From positions 1 through 64,000 of IMG/VR virus record IMGVR_UViG_3300025876_000006: a DNA stretch of 64,000 bases; one strand, given 5' to 3'. This document shows, piece by piece, positions 6,995 through 14,585 of the stretch. Numbering within the stretch: the stretch's first letter is position 1; every line of letters begins with the position of its first letter. Under the pieces are notes generated by a model. It was given only the letters and a program-made list of their open reading frames with translations, was not told where the DNA came from and did no database searches. Both the position numbers and the translations under genes were made by a program. Source of the DNA: a virus.

Positions 6995-8131
6995 ATGAGA
7001 TTCCATTTATTGGGTATACCACATACGGTTACCAATGATGAATATACGGCCTGTGCATATACCGCCAAAGTATTAAAATTTGGTAAAATGTTTACCGGGC
7101 AACCCGGTGTTGAAGTATTTCATTATGGCCATGAAGATAGTAATGTTTGTTGTGATGAACATATTACTGTTACAACCAATGATGATTTACAAAAAGCATA
7201 TGGCTCTCATGATTGGAGAAAAGAATTTTTTAAGTTTAATAATAATGATCATGCTTATACAACCTTCTATGAAAATACTCTTCGTGAATTAAATAAAAGA
7301 TTAAAAAAGAATGACTTTGTTTTAGCTTTTTGGGGATCTGGAGTTAGATCTGTTTGTGGTTTAATTGAAAAAGAAAAGAAAGCTATTGTTGTAGAACCTG
7401 GGATTGGTTATGGTGAAGGCCATTTCGCTAAATGGAAGGTGTGGGAGTCTTATGCTATAATGCACGCCTGTGGCGGTAATAAAATGGTTTTAAATTGTAA
7501 CCCTAATTGGTATGATGTTGTCATACCAAATTATTTTGATGAAACACAATTTGAATATAAAGAAAAAAAGGAAGATTACTTTCTTTATCTTGGTAGAGTA
7601 TATGATGGCAAGGGTGTAAAAATTGCAATTGAAGCAAGCAAAAGAGCTGGAGTAAAATTAGTAATAGCAGGCCAAAAAGAAAAAGGATATAAACTACCAG
7701 ATGACGTTGAGTATATTGGGTATGCTGGAGTTGATAAAAGAAAAGAATTAATGGCAAATGCAAAAGGTTCTTTTTTACCATCAATGTATTATGAACCATT
7801 TGGTGGAGTACAAATTGAAAACTTATTTAGTGGCACTCCAACAATAACTACAGATTGGGGAGCTTTTTCTGAAAACAATTTACATGGAGTAACTGGTTAT
7901 AGATGTAGAACAATGAGCGATTTTGTTGAAGCGGTTCATAATGTTAATGATGGCAAAATTAAAAGCGGCGATTGTAGAAAATGGGCAAATAATTTTAGTA
8001 TAGATAATATACGGCCAAGGTACAAAAAATACTTTGACGATGTTCTTAATGTATATACTGGAAAAGGATGGTATGAAAACAAATCCAAAGAAAGTATTTC
8101 AATTGAACAATTAAAGATGGAATATCCATAG
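6995..8131 (+). CDS. GT-B fold glycosyltransferase (GT4-like)
   Basis: C-terminal half has the GRV..KG...AIEA...KLVIAG ... EPFGGVQIE....G.P.I.TD.GAF.E pattern typical of GT1/GT4 enzymes. Confidence 0.75.
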   Translation: MRFHLLGIPHTVTNDEYTACAYTAKVLKFGKMFTGQPGVEVFHYGHEDSNVCCDEHITVTTNDDLQKAYGSHDWRKEFFKFNNNDHAYTTFYENTLRELNKRLKKNDFVLAFWGSGVRSVCGLIEKEKKAIVVEPGIGYGEGHFAKWKVWESYAIMHACGGNKMVLNCNPNWYDVVIPNYFDETQFEYKEKKEDYFLYLGRVYDGKGVKIAIEASKRAGVKLVIAGQKEKGYKLPDDVEYIGYAGVDKRKELMANAKGSFLPSMYYEPFGGVQIENLFSGTPTITTDWGAFSENNLHGVTGYRCRTMSDFVEAVHNVNDGKIKSGDCRKWANNFSIDNIRPRYKKYFDDVLNVYTGKGWYENKSKESISIEQLKMEYP

Positions 8132-8160
8132 TAATTCACCCTTCAGAGAAAACGTAAACA

Positions 8161-8168
8161 TATAAATA
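8161..8168 (+). promoter_or_regulatory. T4-type late promoter motif TATAAATA
   Basis: Exact TATAAATA 9 nt upstream of the ATG at 8177. Confidence 0.5.
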
Positions 8169-8176
8169 AAAATACT

Positions 8177-8830
8177 ATGAAAACAACTTCATATAAAGTC
8201 TTATTAAGACTAATGATCGTCAGTTCATTAACACTGATAATGACGTCTTGTGCTCTTTTTAAACAAACAGAACAAGGCGACCCTGGAAAAGGCGGAGCAA
8301 TAGATATTGGTGGAGCAACAGAGAGCTTAGGTGCTGCAACTGGTTTTTCCTTCACTGCTCAACAAGCCGTCACCACCGCACAGGCAGAAATAGTGAAAGC
8401 AAAGATACATGCTAAAGAGATTGAATCTTTGGTTGAAGTAATGAGACGTAAGAAGTCTGAATTTGCTGAAAACATTGAAAACTTAAGGCAGATATATGTT
8501 CAGCATATTGTTGTACTTGATAGAGAATTAACCATAACTGGTATTGCACTAAGGAAACAGTTAGTTGCTCTTAAGAATACAGAAGCAGAACTTATTAAAG
8601 CAAAAGCTCAGATAGCAGCACAAGAACAACATAAAGCTGCCATGCTTGCTCATAACAAATCTTTACAAAAAAAGTTAAAAGAAGCTGAAGGCTATAAAGA
8701 CAAGTATCATAAGCTAACCAAGTATAAGTGGATTGTTTGGGGATTGGGCGGATGGATATTAGTTAAGTTCTTAGGCGGACTTGGTATGTGGTCTCCTCAA
8801 GGAAGAATCGCTAAAGCTCTTATTGGATAA
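8177..8830 (+). CDS. lipoprotein with coiled coil and C-terminal TM segment (unimolecular-spanin-like architecture)
   Basis: Lipobox-like LIMTSC at the N-terminus, long K/E/A-rich helical region, C-terminal WIVWGLGGWILVKFLGGLGMW. Confidence 0.5.
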   Translation: MKTTSYKVLLRLMIVSSLTLIMTSCALFKQTEQGDPGKGGAIDIGGATESLGAATGFSFTAQQAVTTAQAEIVKAKIHAKEIESLVEVMRRKKSEFAENIENLRQIYVQHIVVLDRELTITGIALRKQLVALKNTEAELIKAKAQIAAQEQHKAAMLAHNKSLQKKLKEAEGYKDKYHKLTKYKWIVWGLGGWILVKFLGGLGMWSPQGRIAKALIG

Positions 8831-8903
8831 TTTTTATATCTCAATCATTTAATATGGTTGATGATATTAGGGCCGAGTGGCTCATTTAAACAAACAAACA
8901 AAT

Positions 8904-9275
8904 ATGAATACATTACTAAAATTAATTAGTCCGTTATTAACCGGATTTTGGAATAAAACAAAATCGGTTGTTCAGTTACTATGGAGTAAAGGCGTCGCCA
9001 TTATTCTACTGGTTATGCTGATTTTAAAGTACACAGGCCTGAGCGATGCACCTTTTGCTGAACTCATTTATGCCGGTGTTCTTACGAGTGCAGTTATCGT
9101 TATTGCGCCGATTATTCGTTTCCTCGTTTTCAATGAGGCGGCGGCTCTCGCCGAGAGTGGAAAAGTTAAAGAGTTACTGAAATTAAAAACAGCAACGCCT
9201 GAGCTTTTACATTATTGGTTTGCAACATTCGTATCTTACGCTGTTACACTACTATGCGTTTCTTCATTACTTTAA
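8904..9275 (+). CDS. multi-pass membrane protein (holin candidate)
   Basis: ATG at 8904 preferred over the GTG at 8877. Three to four hydrophobic segments. Confidence 0.45.
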   Translation: MNTLLKLISPLLTGFWNKTKSVVQLLWSKGVAIILLVMLILKYTGLSDAPFAELIYAGVLTSAVIVIAPIIRFLVFNEAAALAESGKVKELLKLKTATPELLHYWFATFVSYAVTLLCVSSLL

Positions 9276-9889
9276 TTGTACTGACTTTACTAACTGGGTC
9301 CCTTCCTGCTTTCGAGCAGGGAGCGGACTTGCGTGTACAGCGTTTTCTTAATGCAGAAGTTAAGAAGCAATATATACCACAAGTTGATAAAGTTGTTAGA
9401 CGCATTTTATTAAATCAAAAACTATATAAGTGTGTTGATAGTAGAACAGATGTTCCTTGGTATGTTATTGCCAGCCTTCATAATATGGAAAGTGGTGGAT
9501 CATTTAAACACCATTTACATGAAGGGTCTCCATTATATGGTAGAACTCGTTGGGTACCAAAAGGTAGACCTAAAACCAGCGCTCCGCCATTTACGTGGGT
9601 AGAAAGTGCGCAGGACGCATTAAGCTATGATAAGATGGGTCAAAAACGTTGGGCATACTTATTTGATACTCTTTGGGCAGTTGAAGGTTATAATGGAACT
9701 GGCTATTGGAGGTACCATAGATCTACACCTTCGCCATATCTTTATGCTAAGACTTCTATTGAAAAGCCTGGGAAATATGTCTCAGATGGAAAGTGGAGCA
9801 GCACAGCTCGTTCTAAACAAATTGGAGTTGCCGCGATTTGGAAAAGAATGGAAGATAAAAAGATTTTAAACTTTAAGTATTTAAAATAA
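9254..9889 (+). CDS. secreted lysozyme-family protein (COG5526-like)
   Basis: Start at MRFFITLIVLTLLTGSLPAFEQG (signal peptide). Motifs WYVIASLHNMES, GRP, EGYNGTGY, SPYLY recall the 'lysozyme family protein' group common in Alphaproteobacteria. Confidence 0.5.
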   Translation: MRFFITLIVLTLLTGSLPAFEQGADLRVQRFLNAEVKKQYIPQVDKVVRRILLNQKLYKCVDSRTDVPWYVIASLHNMESGGSFKHHLHEGSPLYGRTRWVPKGRPKTSAPPFTWVESAQDALSYDKMGQKRWAYLFDTLWAVEGYNGTGYWRYHRSTPSPYLYAKTSIEKPGKYVSDGKWSSTARSKQIGVAAIWKRMEDKKILNFKYLK

Positions 9890-9902
9890 TTACATTTTTT
9901 TA

Positions 9903-9931
9903 TTTACATAATTCTATTCTTAGTGTATAAT
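9903..9931 (+). promoter_or_regulatory. sigma70-type promoter TTTACA-17-TATAAT
   Basis: TTTACA at 9903-9908, TATAAT at 9926-9931. Followed by a ~90-nt leader with small hairpins. Confidence 0.65.
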
Positions 9932-10023
9932 ATAACTATGAGTTATTAAAGAAACCATAAAGGTTTAAAAACTAAACCCCGAAGGTTCCCGAAGGGATCT
10001 TAAATAACAATAAATATATCATT

Positions 10024-10212
10024 ATGAAAACATCATTAAAAGATTTAAGGATAGATCTAGAAGACCATAAAAAACGATTAAAAGAATTAAGTAATAAAAA
10101 GACTGCGAAAGAATTAGATGAAAAGTTTGGAGTAAAGGCTCTTTATTTAATTCCTACTTATAAAAAGATTATTGGTAGTATAGAAAAAGAAATTATAGAG
10201 CGTACTAAATAA
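10024..10212 (+). CDS. small coiled-coil protein
   Basis: K/E-rich 62-aa ORF. Confidence 0.5.
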   Translation: MKTSLKDLRIDLEDHKKRLKELSNKKTAKELDEKFGVKALYLIPTYKKIIGSIEKEIIERTK

Positions 10213-10216
10213 AGTT

Positions 10217-10795
10217 ATGAACAAACCTAGACGTAAATTTTTAAAGTTATTTGGTTTAACAAGTTCAAGTTTATTTATTAGTAATTTACCAGTAGGTAGT
10301 GCTTTTATTCGTCATGAAGATTACAATAAAAAAGTAAAAGGAATTCCTGATGAATGGTTTATTTTAAATAATGATGTTTATAGATATGCGAATTATATTT
10401 TAAAATTAAACTTAAAAAATATAACTCCAAGAATGGTAATTGCTCCACACTTTAAAACGCGCGGTAGAGTTAGAAATTCTATACCACCAAAGAAGTTATG
10501 GAAGAAGGTTGGCCCAACACTTAAGGTTATTGATAAGTTATGTAATGAGGTTGGATTACCGGTTAAAGAGATAGTCTCAGCATATAGAAGTCCCGAATAT
10601 AACAAAGCAGTTCATGGTAATATAGGATCATACCATATGACGAATCAAGCCGTTGATGTTGTATTTAATAAAAGCTCTTGGCGAGTTGCTAAAGCCGCTA
10701 GAGTACTAAGAGATAACAAAACGTTTAAAGGCGGCATAGGAACTTATCGAGGGTTTGTACATATAGACACTCGTGGAAAAAACGCAGATTGGTAA
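10217..10795 (+). CDS. Tat-exported peptidase M15A / DUF882 (YcbK/MepK-like) peptidoglycan peptidase
   Basis: Twin-arginine signal PRRKFLKLFGL. SAYRSPEYN....G...SYHM...AVDV and GGIGTY..FVHIDTRG match the DUF882/M15 zinc-site pattern. Confidence 0.8.
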   Translation: MNKPRRKFLKLFGLTSSSLFISNLPVGSAFIRHEDYNKKVKGIPDEWFILNNDVYRYANYILKLNLKNITPRMVIAPHFKTRGRVRNSIPPKKLWKKVGPTLKVIDKLCNEVGLPVKEIVSAYRSPEYNKAVHGNIGSYHMTNQAVDVVFNKSSWRVAKAARVLRDNKTFKGGIGTYRGFVHIDTRGKNADW

Positions 10796-11115
10796 TGGAA
10801 ATCTCAATTGATAAACTAAGCGTTATAATGACGAGCGAGGAATATCCCTATTCGATTATTTCATATTTTCCTAGAGATTGTTCTAGTTTTGAATCATATG
10901 ACTTTTGGGAATGTAAAAGAAAAATTAATTCAATAAAGGAAAAACTAAAAGAGGTCATTGTTAATCAATATCTATTATCTTTTTCTGAGAATCCAAAGAC
11001 TGGAGATATTATTGAAATCGAATGTGATGGAGATACCGATAACGTTATTAGTTGGTTACGATGGAAAGACAATTGGTATATTTCCGATATTAAAAACGAG
11101 CCTGTCAAAGTGTAG
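10795..11115 (+). CDS. hypothetical protein
   Basis: ATG at 10795 (TAATG overlap) preferred over the TTG at 10789. Confidence 0.5.
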   Translation: MEISIDKLSVIMTSEEYPYSIISYFPRDCSSFESYDFWECKRKINSIKEKLKEVIVNQYLLSFSENPKTGDIIEIECDGDTDNVISWLRWKDNWYISDIKNEPVKV

Positions 11116-11151
11116 AACTACATTATGTTTATTATTAATTAACATTTTTAA

Positions 11152-11823
11152 TTAGTTATACTTATAATTGAATTTATCTATTACCCATTTTTCTTTCTCT
11201 GCAACCATGTCTATTAACTCTTGAGTGTAATATTCAGTATGTGGTTTTTTATATGAGCTTTTATTAGAGTGTTTAAGTTTTGGGATTGAAGTTATACCAA
11301 CCGCATCACAGAATTTATAAAAATGATTATTATAATCTTCAAGGTTGCCAAGAAAATCTATAGCGATCTCATCGTTACTATCTAAAACATAATTGTCTTG
11401 ACTTGGGTTTGTTTTTATGATAAACTTTAAAAACTCTACTTCATTTCTATTGAAGTTATCAAATACTCTGCCACATTCTTTACCCTGAAGTCTTTTTAGA
11501 GGTTTCCAATTTTTAAGCTCTTCTTCCGTGGCGTTTTTATATTCATTGCCTTTGTTTATTTTATACATAAGGAAAGATACATATCTTTCCCAAGGATTTC
11601 TTAGAGTCGAAAAGGTGGTATATTGATTAAAATCCCAACCGCGTTTTTTAAATCCTCTTTCACAAGCATTCACTGTGCTATGCTGATAAAAATCATCAAG
11701 ATAATCGCCAGGATTACCAATAACATCAATAGGAATAACAGGTAAAAATGTCTCCCTTAGAGTTTTGGTTCCTGTCTTGGGTATGTCAATTGTTATGAAT
11801 TTGTGTTTATGTGATATGAGCAT
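11152..11823 (-). CDS. sulfotransferase-family protein (PAPS-dependent, Sulfotransfer_2-like)
   Basis: 5'-PSB-like IDIPKTGTKTL near the N-terminus and 3'-PB-like LRNPWERYVSF. Confidence 0.65.
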   Translation of the reverse strand: MLISHKHKFITIDIPKTGTKTLRETFLPVIPIDVIGNPGDYLDDFYQHSTVNACERGFKKRGWDFNQYTTFSTLRNPWERYVSFLMYKINKGNEYKNATEEELKNWKPLKRLQGKECGRVFDNFNRNEVEFLKFIIKTNPSQDNYVLDSNDEIAIDFLGNLEDYNNHFYKFCDAVGITSIPKLKHSNKSSYKKPHTEYYTQELIDMVAEKEKWVIDKFNYKYN

Positions 11824-12515
11824 CTCTTAAATAAAATAGATTTGTAAAGTCTTGGAGTTCCATCAAACATTGGTTTGACTATTGTAACTTTTTCCATTTG
11901 AAATCCAATATCAAACATTATTTTTTCAATATCTTCTTGACATAGCATCCACCATGTTTTTCCGTTGTGGTTTTTGTATATAGTCGGTTTCTCATTTTGA
12001 AATGGATTTATTAGGATAGCATGATCCTTAACTCTAAGAAGTATATTCATTAAGGTTAAAATTGGATCTCGTACATGAGAAAGCATGGTTCCAAAAACGG
12101 CCACATCAAAATAACCAATCTCATCAGGGAGCTGTTCGTAAATATTGGCTCTAAATATTTTGTTTTTAGATGAAAGTTTTTCATGAATATATTCATAACT
12201 ATTAAAAAGACTTTCTGATGGTTTTGATTTAGGTTTATTATAGCCTGGATATATTAAGTGATCCCAATAACTACCATCTGGCATATCGAAAGAAACAACA
12301 TCAGCGCCTTTCTTCTCCATTTCAAAAGATAAGTAACCCGAAGCAGATCCAATATCAATTACGCGCTTTCCTTTAAAATCAAAATTACTAAGGTAATCGT
12401 CTATACAGTTTGTAAGATCCCATTTCGCATTGATTTTGTCTTTACCATCAAAGTTAAATGTATGGTAAAATCGACAATCATTTATGTCTATATTTTTTTT
12501 AGGTGTTATGTACAT
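11793..12515 (-). CDS. class I SAM-dependent methyltransferase
   Basis: Motif I VIDIGSASGYLS, acidic loop VVSFD, later DVAVFGTMLSHVRDP. Confidence 0.65.
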   Translation of the reverse strand: MYITPKKNIDINDCRFYHTFNFDGKDKINAKWDLTNCIDDYLSNFDFKGKRVIDIGSASGYLSFEMEKKGADVVSFDMPDGSYWDHLIYPGYNKPKSKPSESLFNSYEYIHEKLSSKNKIFRANIYEQLPDEIGYFDVAVFGTMLSHVRDPILTLMNILLRVKDHAILINPFQNEKPTIYKNHNGKTWWMLCQEDIEKIMFDIGFQMEKVTIVKPMFDGTPRLYKSILFKRCSYHINTNS

Positions 12516-12519
12516 TGTT

Positions 12520-13356
12520 TTATATTTTTTTATATTTGTTAAATAATAATTGATCCCACTTTGTTTGGTTGTTGAAGTTGTCTTTAGTTTCCTCGCTCAA
12601 ACAATTAAAATCATACGTAATCTTTTCCTTTGTTTTATTTGAAAAAGGTTTTATAACATTTTGTAATCGTTGGGGTAAGCTGCAATCCTTAACGTTTAAA
12701 CATGTATATAACACTTTGGAAATAAGTTTATCTACACCTGTGATATCATCAATTAAAAACCCGTCTAGTATTTCGCAGGTTTTTTCGAAATCGTTACTAG
12801 TTATCGGTATTTTATTAGGTATATGTAGTAAAGTCCTAATAAGCCAAGAACCCTCTAAATAAGGAGAGTTTAAATATTCAACAAATGTCATGTCGCCAAA
12901 AATACCGTGCTTGGATTCGTGGGAGGATTGTGAGGATTTTAAATAACTAAATAGCGACAAAACCCTTTCATATGGATCTCTTAAAACCAAGAACTCATAA
13001 AATTTTGTATTTTTGTCTAGTTTTTTGTATATGTCTTCTTTGTATATACCAAAACTAAGATCGCATACCACTATAAAATAAACAGTTAAATCATTAAAAT
13101 CTAGATCTTCATAGTCAACACTTTTATCAATCCAACAACCTGCGTCTTTATATTTGTCATTCAGCTCTTTTTTTGCAGAGCAAACTATACGGTATACAGT
13201 TTTGCCTTCTCTTTTGACTGCTAAGTTGTATGTTGTTAGATCTTTTGTGTTTAATAATCTAATCACATGAAAGGCTTTATTATATACATACGTTCCTGCG
13301 TTCTTAGGTATGTGAAAAAACACTGGAATTTTTTCTATAGTATTTTTTTTAATCAT
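12520..13356 (-). CDS. sulfotransferase-family protein (second copy, divergent)
   Basis: FFHIPKNAGTYV and VLRDPYERVLSLFSY motifs. Confidence 0.65.
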   Translation of the reverse strand: MIKKNTIEKIPVFFHIPKNAGTYVYNKAFHVIRLLNTKDLTTYNLAVKREGKTVYRIVCSAKKELNDKYKDAGCWIDKSVDYEDLDFNDLTVYFIVVCDLSFGIYKEDIYKKLDKNTKFYEFLVLRDPYERVLSLFSYLKSSQSSHESKHGIFGDMTFVEYLNSPYLEGSWLIRTLLHIPNKIPITSNDFEKTCEILDGFLIDDITGVDKLISKVLYTCLNVKDCSLPQRLQNVIKPFSNKTKEKITYDFNCLSEETKDNFNNQTKWDQLLFNKYKKI

Positions 13357-13398
13357 GTAACTTTAAATATATAGTATATATAACGGTAGTTAATTTTA

Positions 13399-13427
13399 TT
13401 TACATCTATGTATAAATAATATATAAT
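13399..13427 (+). promoter_or_regulatory. sigma70-type promoter TTTACA-17-TATAAT, with an embedded TATAAATA (13411-13418)
   Basis: The -10 element ends 7 nt before the ligase ATG (13434), so the mRNA would be leaderless or nearly so. Confidence 0.6.
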
Positions 13428-13433
13428 AATACT

Positions 13434-14564
13434 ATGAAGTTAGATACATTATATTCCAGAGCAACAACTGGAGCTCTTCGCGAATGGACTGTTGAATATG
13501 AAGAAGGAAAATTCCGAACTCATTCTGGTCAAATTGGCGGTAAGATTACAACATCAAAATGGTATTCTGTAACTGCAATGAATGTTGGTAGATCAAATGA
13601 GAGAGGCTTACTTGAACAATCTAAATTCCAAGCAGAAGCTAAATGGAAAAAGAAAGTTGATGGCGGTTATACTCCAGATTTAAAATCTGTTGATGTTAGT
13701 ACTCTTTTTATTAAAGCAATGCTAGCAAAGAAGTGGGAAGATCGAAAAGATAAAATTGAATATCCAGTTTATACTCAACCAAAACTCGATGGTATGAGAG
13801 CTATTATTACAAAGGATGGAGCAAAGTCTCGTAATGGAAAACCATGGGTTACTATTCCACATATTTTAAAATCATTAGAACCAATATTTAAAGTTTACCC
13901 AAATCTTGTATTGGATGGCGAACTATATAATCATGAGTATAAAGAAGACTTTAATACAATCAGTTCATTAGCTAAAAAGACAAAACCAACTGAACAAGAT
14001 CTAAAAGATTCTGCTGATAAACTTCAGTTCTGGTGGTATGATATTATTCCAGTTGACGGATTTTGTGAAGAAGATACTATCTTTTCTGATAGGTTTAAAG
14101 AAATGGTAAATCTTAGTAATGAATATAAACTAAGTGGTATTATATTAGTTCCAACTTATTATCACGATTCTGAAGAAGACCTTAATAACAATTACAAAGA
14201 CTTTATTGAACTTGGATATGAAGGAGGCATGGTTCGCCTTAATTCAAAATATGATCGTAAGCGAAGTAACTCTCTTTTAAAGCGCAAAGACTTTACTGAT
14301 TCAGAATATAAGATTGTTTCTATTGAAGAAGGGAAAGGCAATAAAACAAATATGGCAGGATTTATGGTTCTTGAGAAAAGTGATGGAACTCAATTTCATT
14401 CAAACATTAAAGGTAATCATGAGTTTCTAAAAAACCTGCTAGTTGAAAAGGAAACTTATATTGGATCATATGCGACTTGTACTTATTTTAACTTAACTCC
14501 AGATGGAATTCCAAGATTTCCTTATGTCACTCGTCTGCGAGATGGCGAAGGTGTTGACAATTAA
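13434..14564 (+). CDS. ATP-dependent DNA ligase
   Basis: Adenylation motif I KLDGMR (QPKLDGMRAI), later EG.MV and LLKRK motifs. About 375 aa, T7/T3-ligase-like size. Confidence 0.85.
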   Translation: MKLDTLYSRATTGALREWTVEYEEGKFRTHSGQIGGKITTSKWYSVTAMNVGRSNERGLLEQSKFQAEAKWKKKVDGGYTPDLKSVDVSTLFIKAMLAKKWEDRKDKIEYPVYTQPKLDGMRAIITKDGAKSRNGKPWVTIPHILKSLEPIFKVYPNLVLDGELYNHEYKEDFNTISSLAKKTKPTEQDLKDSADKLQFWWYDIIPVDGFCEEDTIFSDRFKEMVNLSNEYKLSGIILVPTYYHDSEEDLNNNYKDFIELGYEGGMVRLNSKYDRKRSNSLLKRKDFTDSEYKIVSIEEGKGNKTNMAGFMVLEKSDGTQFHSNIKGNHEFLKNLLVEKETYIGSYATCTYFNLTPDGIPRFPYVTRLRDGEGVDN

Positions 14565-14568
14565 ATTT

Positions 14569-14576
14569 TATAAATA
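14569..14576 (+). promoter_or_regulatory. T4-type late promoter motif TATAAATA
   Basis: Exact motif 10 nt upstream of the ATG at 14586. Confidence 0.5.
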
Positions 14577-14585
14577 ACTATTAAT

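Noticed and set aside
7080-8139. Alternative-frame and antisense ORFs within the glycosyltransferase gene (7080-7292, 7521-7799, 7936-8139)
   Set aside because: They are embedded in a 378-aa ORF with clear GT-B motifs, and their products are low-complexity or hydrophobic nonsense.
9627-9869. Plus-strand ORF 9627-9869 overlapping the lysozyme-family gene in another frame; likewise 10393-10605(-), 10958-11155(+), 12569-12862(+), 21097-21315(+) and 23176-23382(+)
   Set aside because: Each is wholly inside a longer ORF that carries recognisable motifs or better operon context. None has independent start signals.
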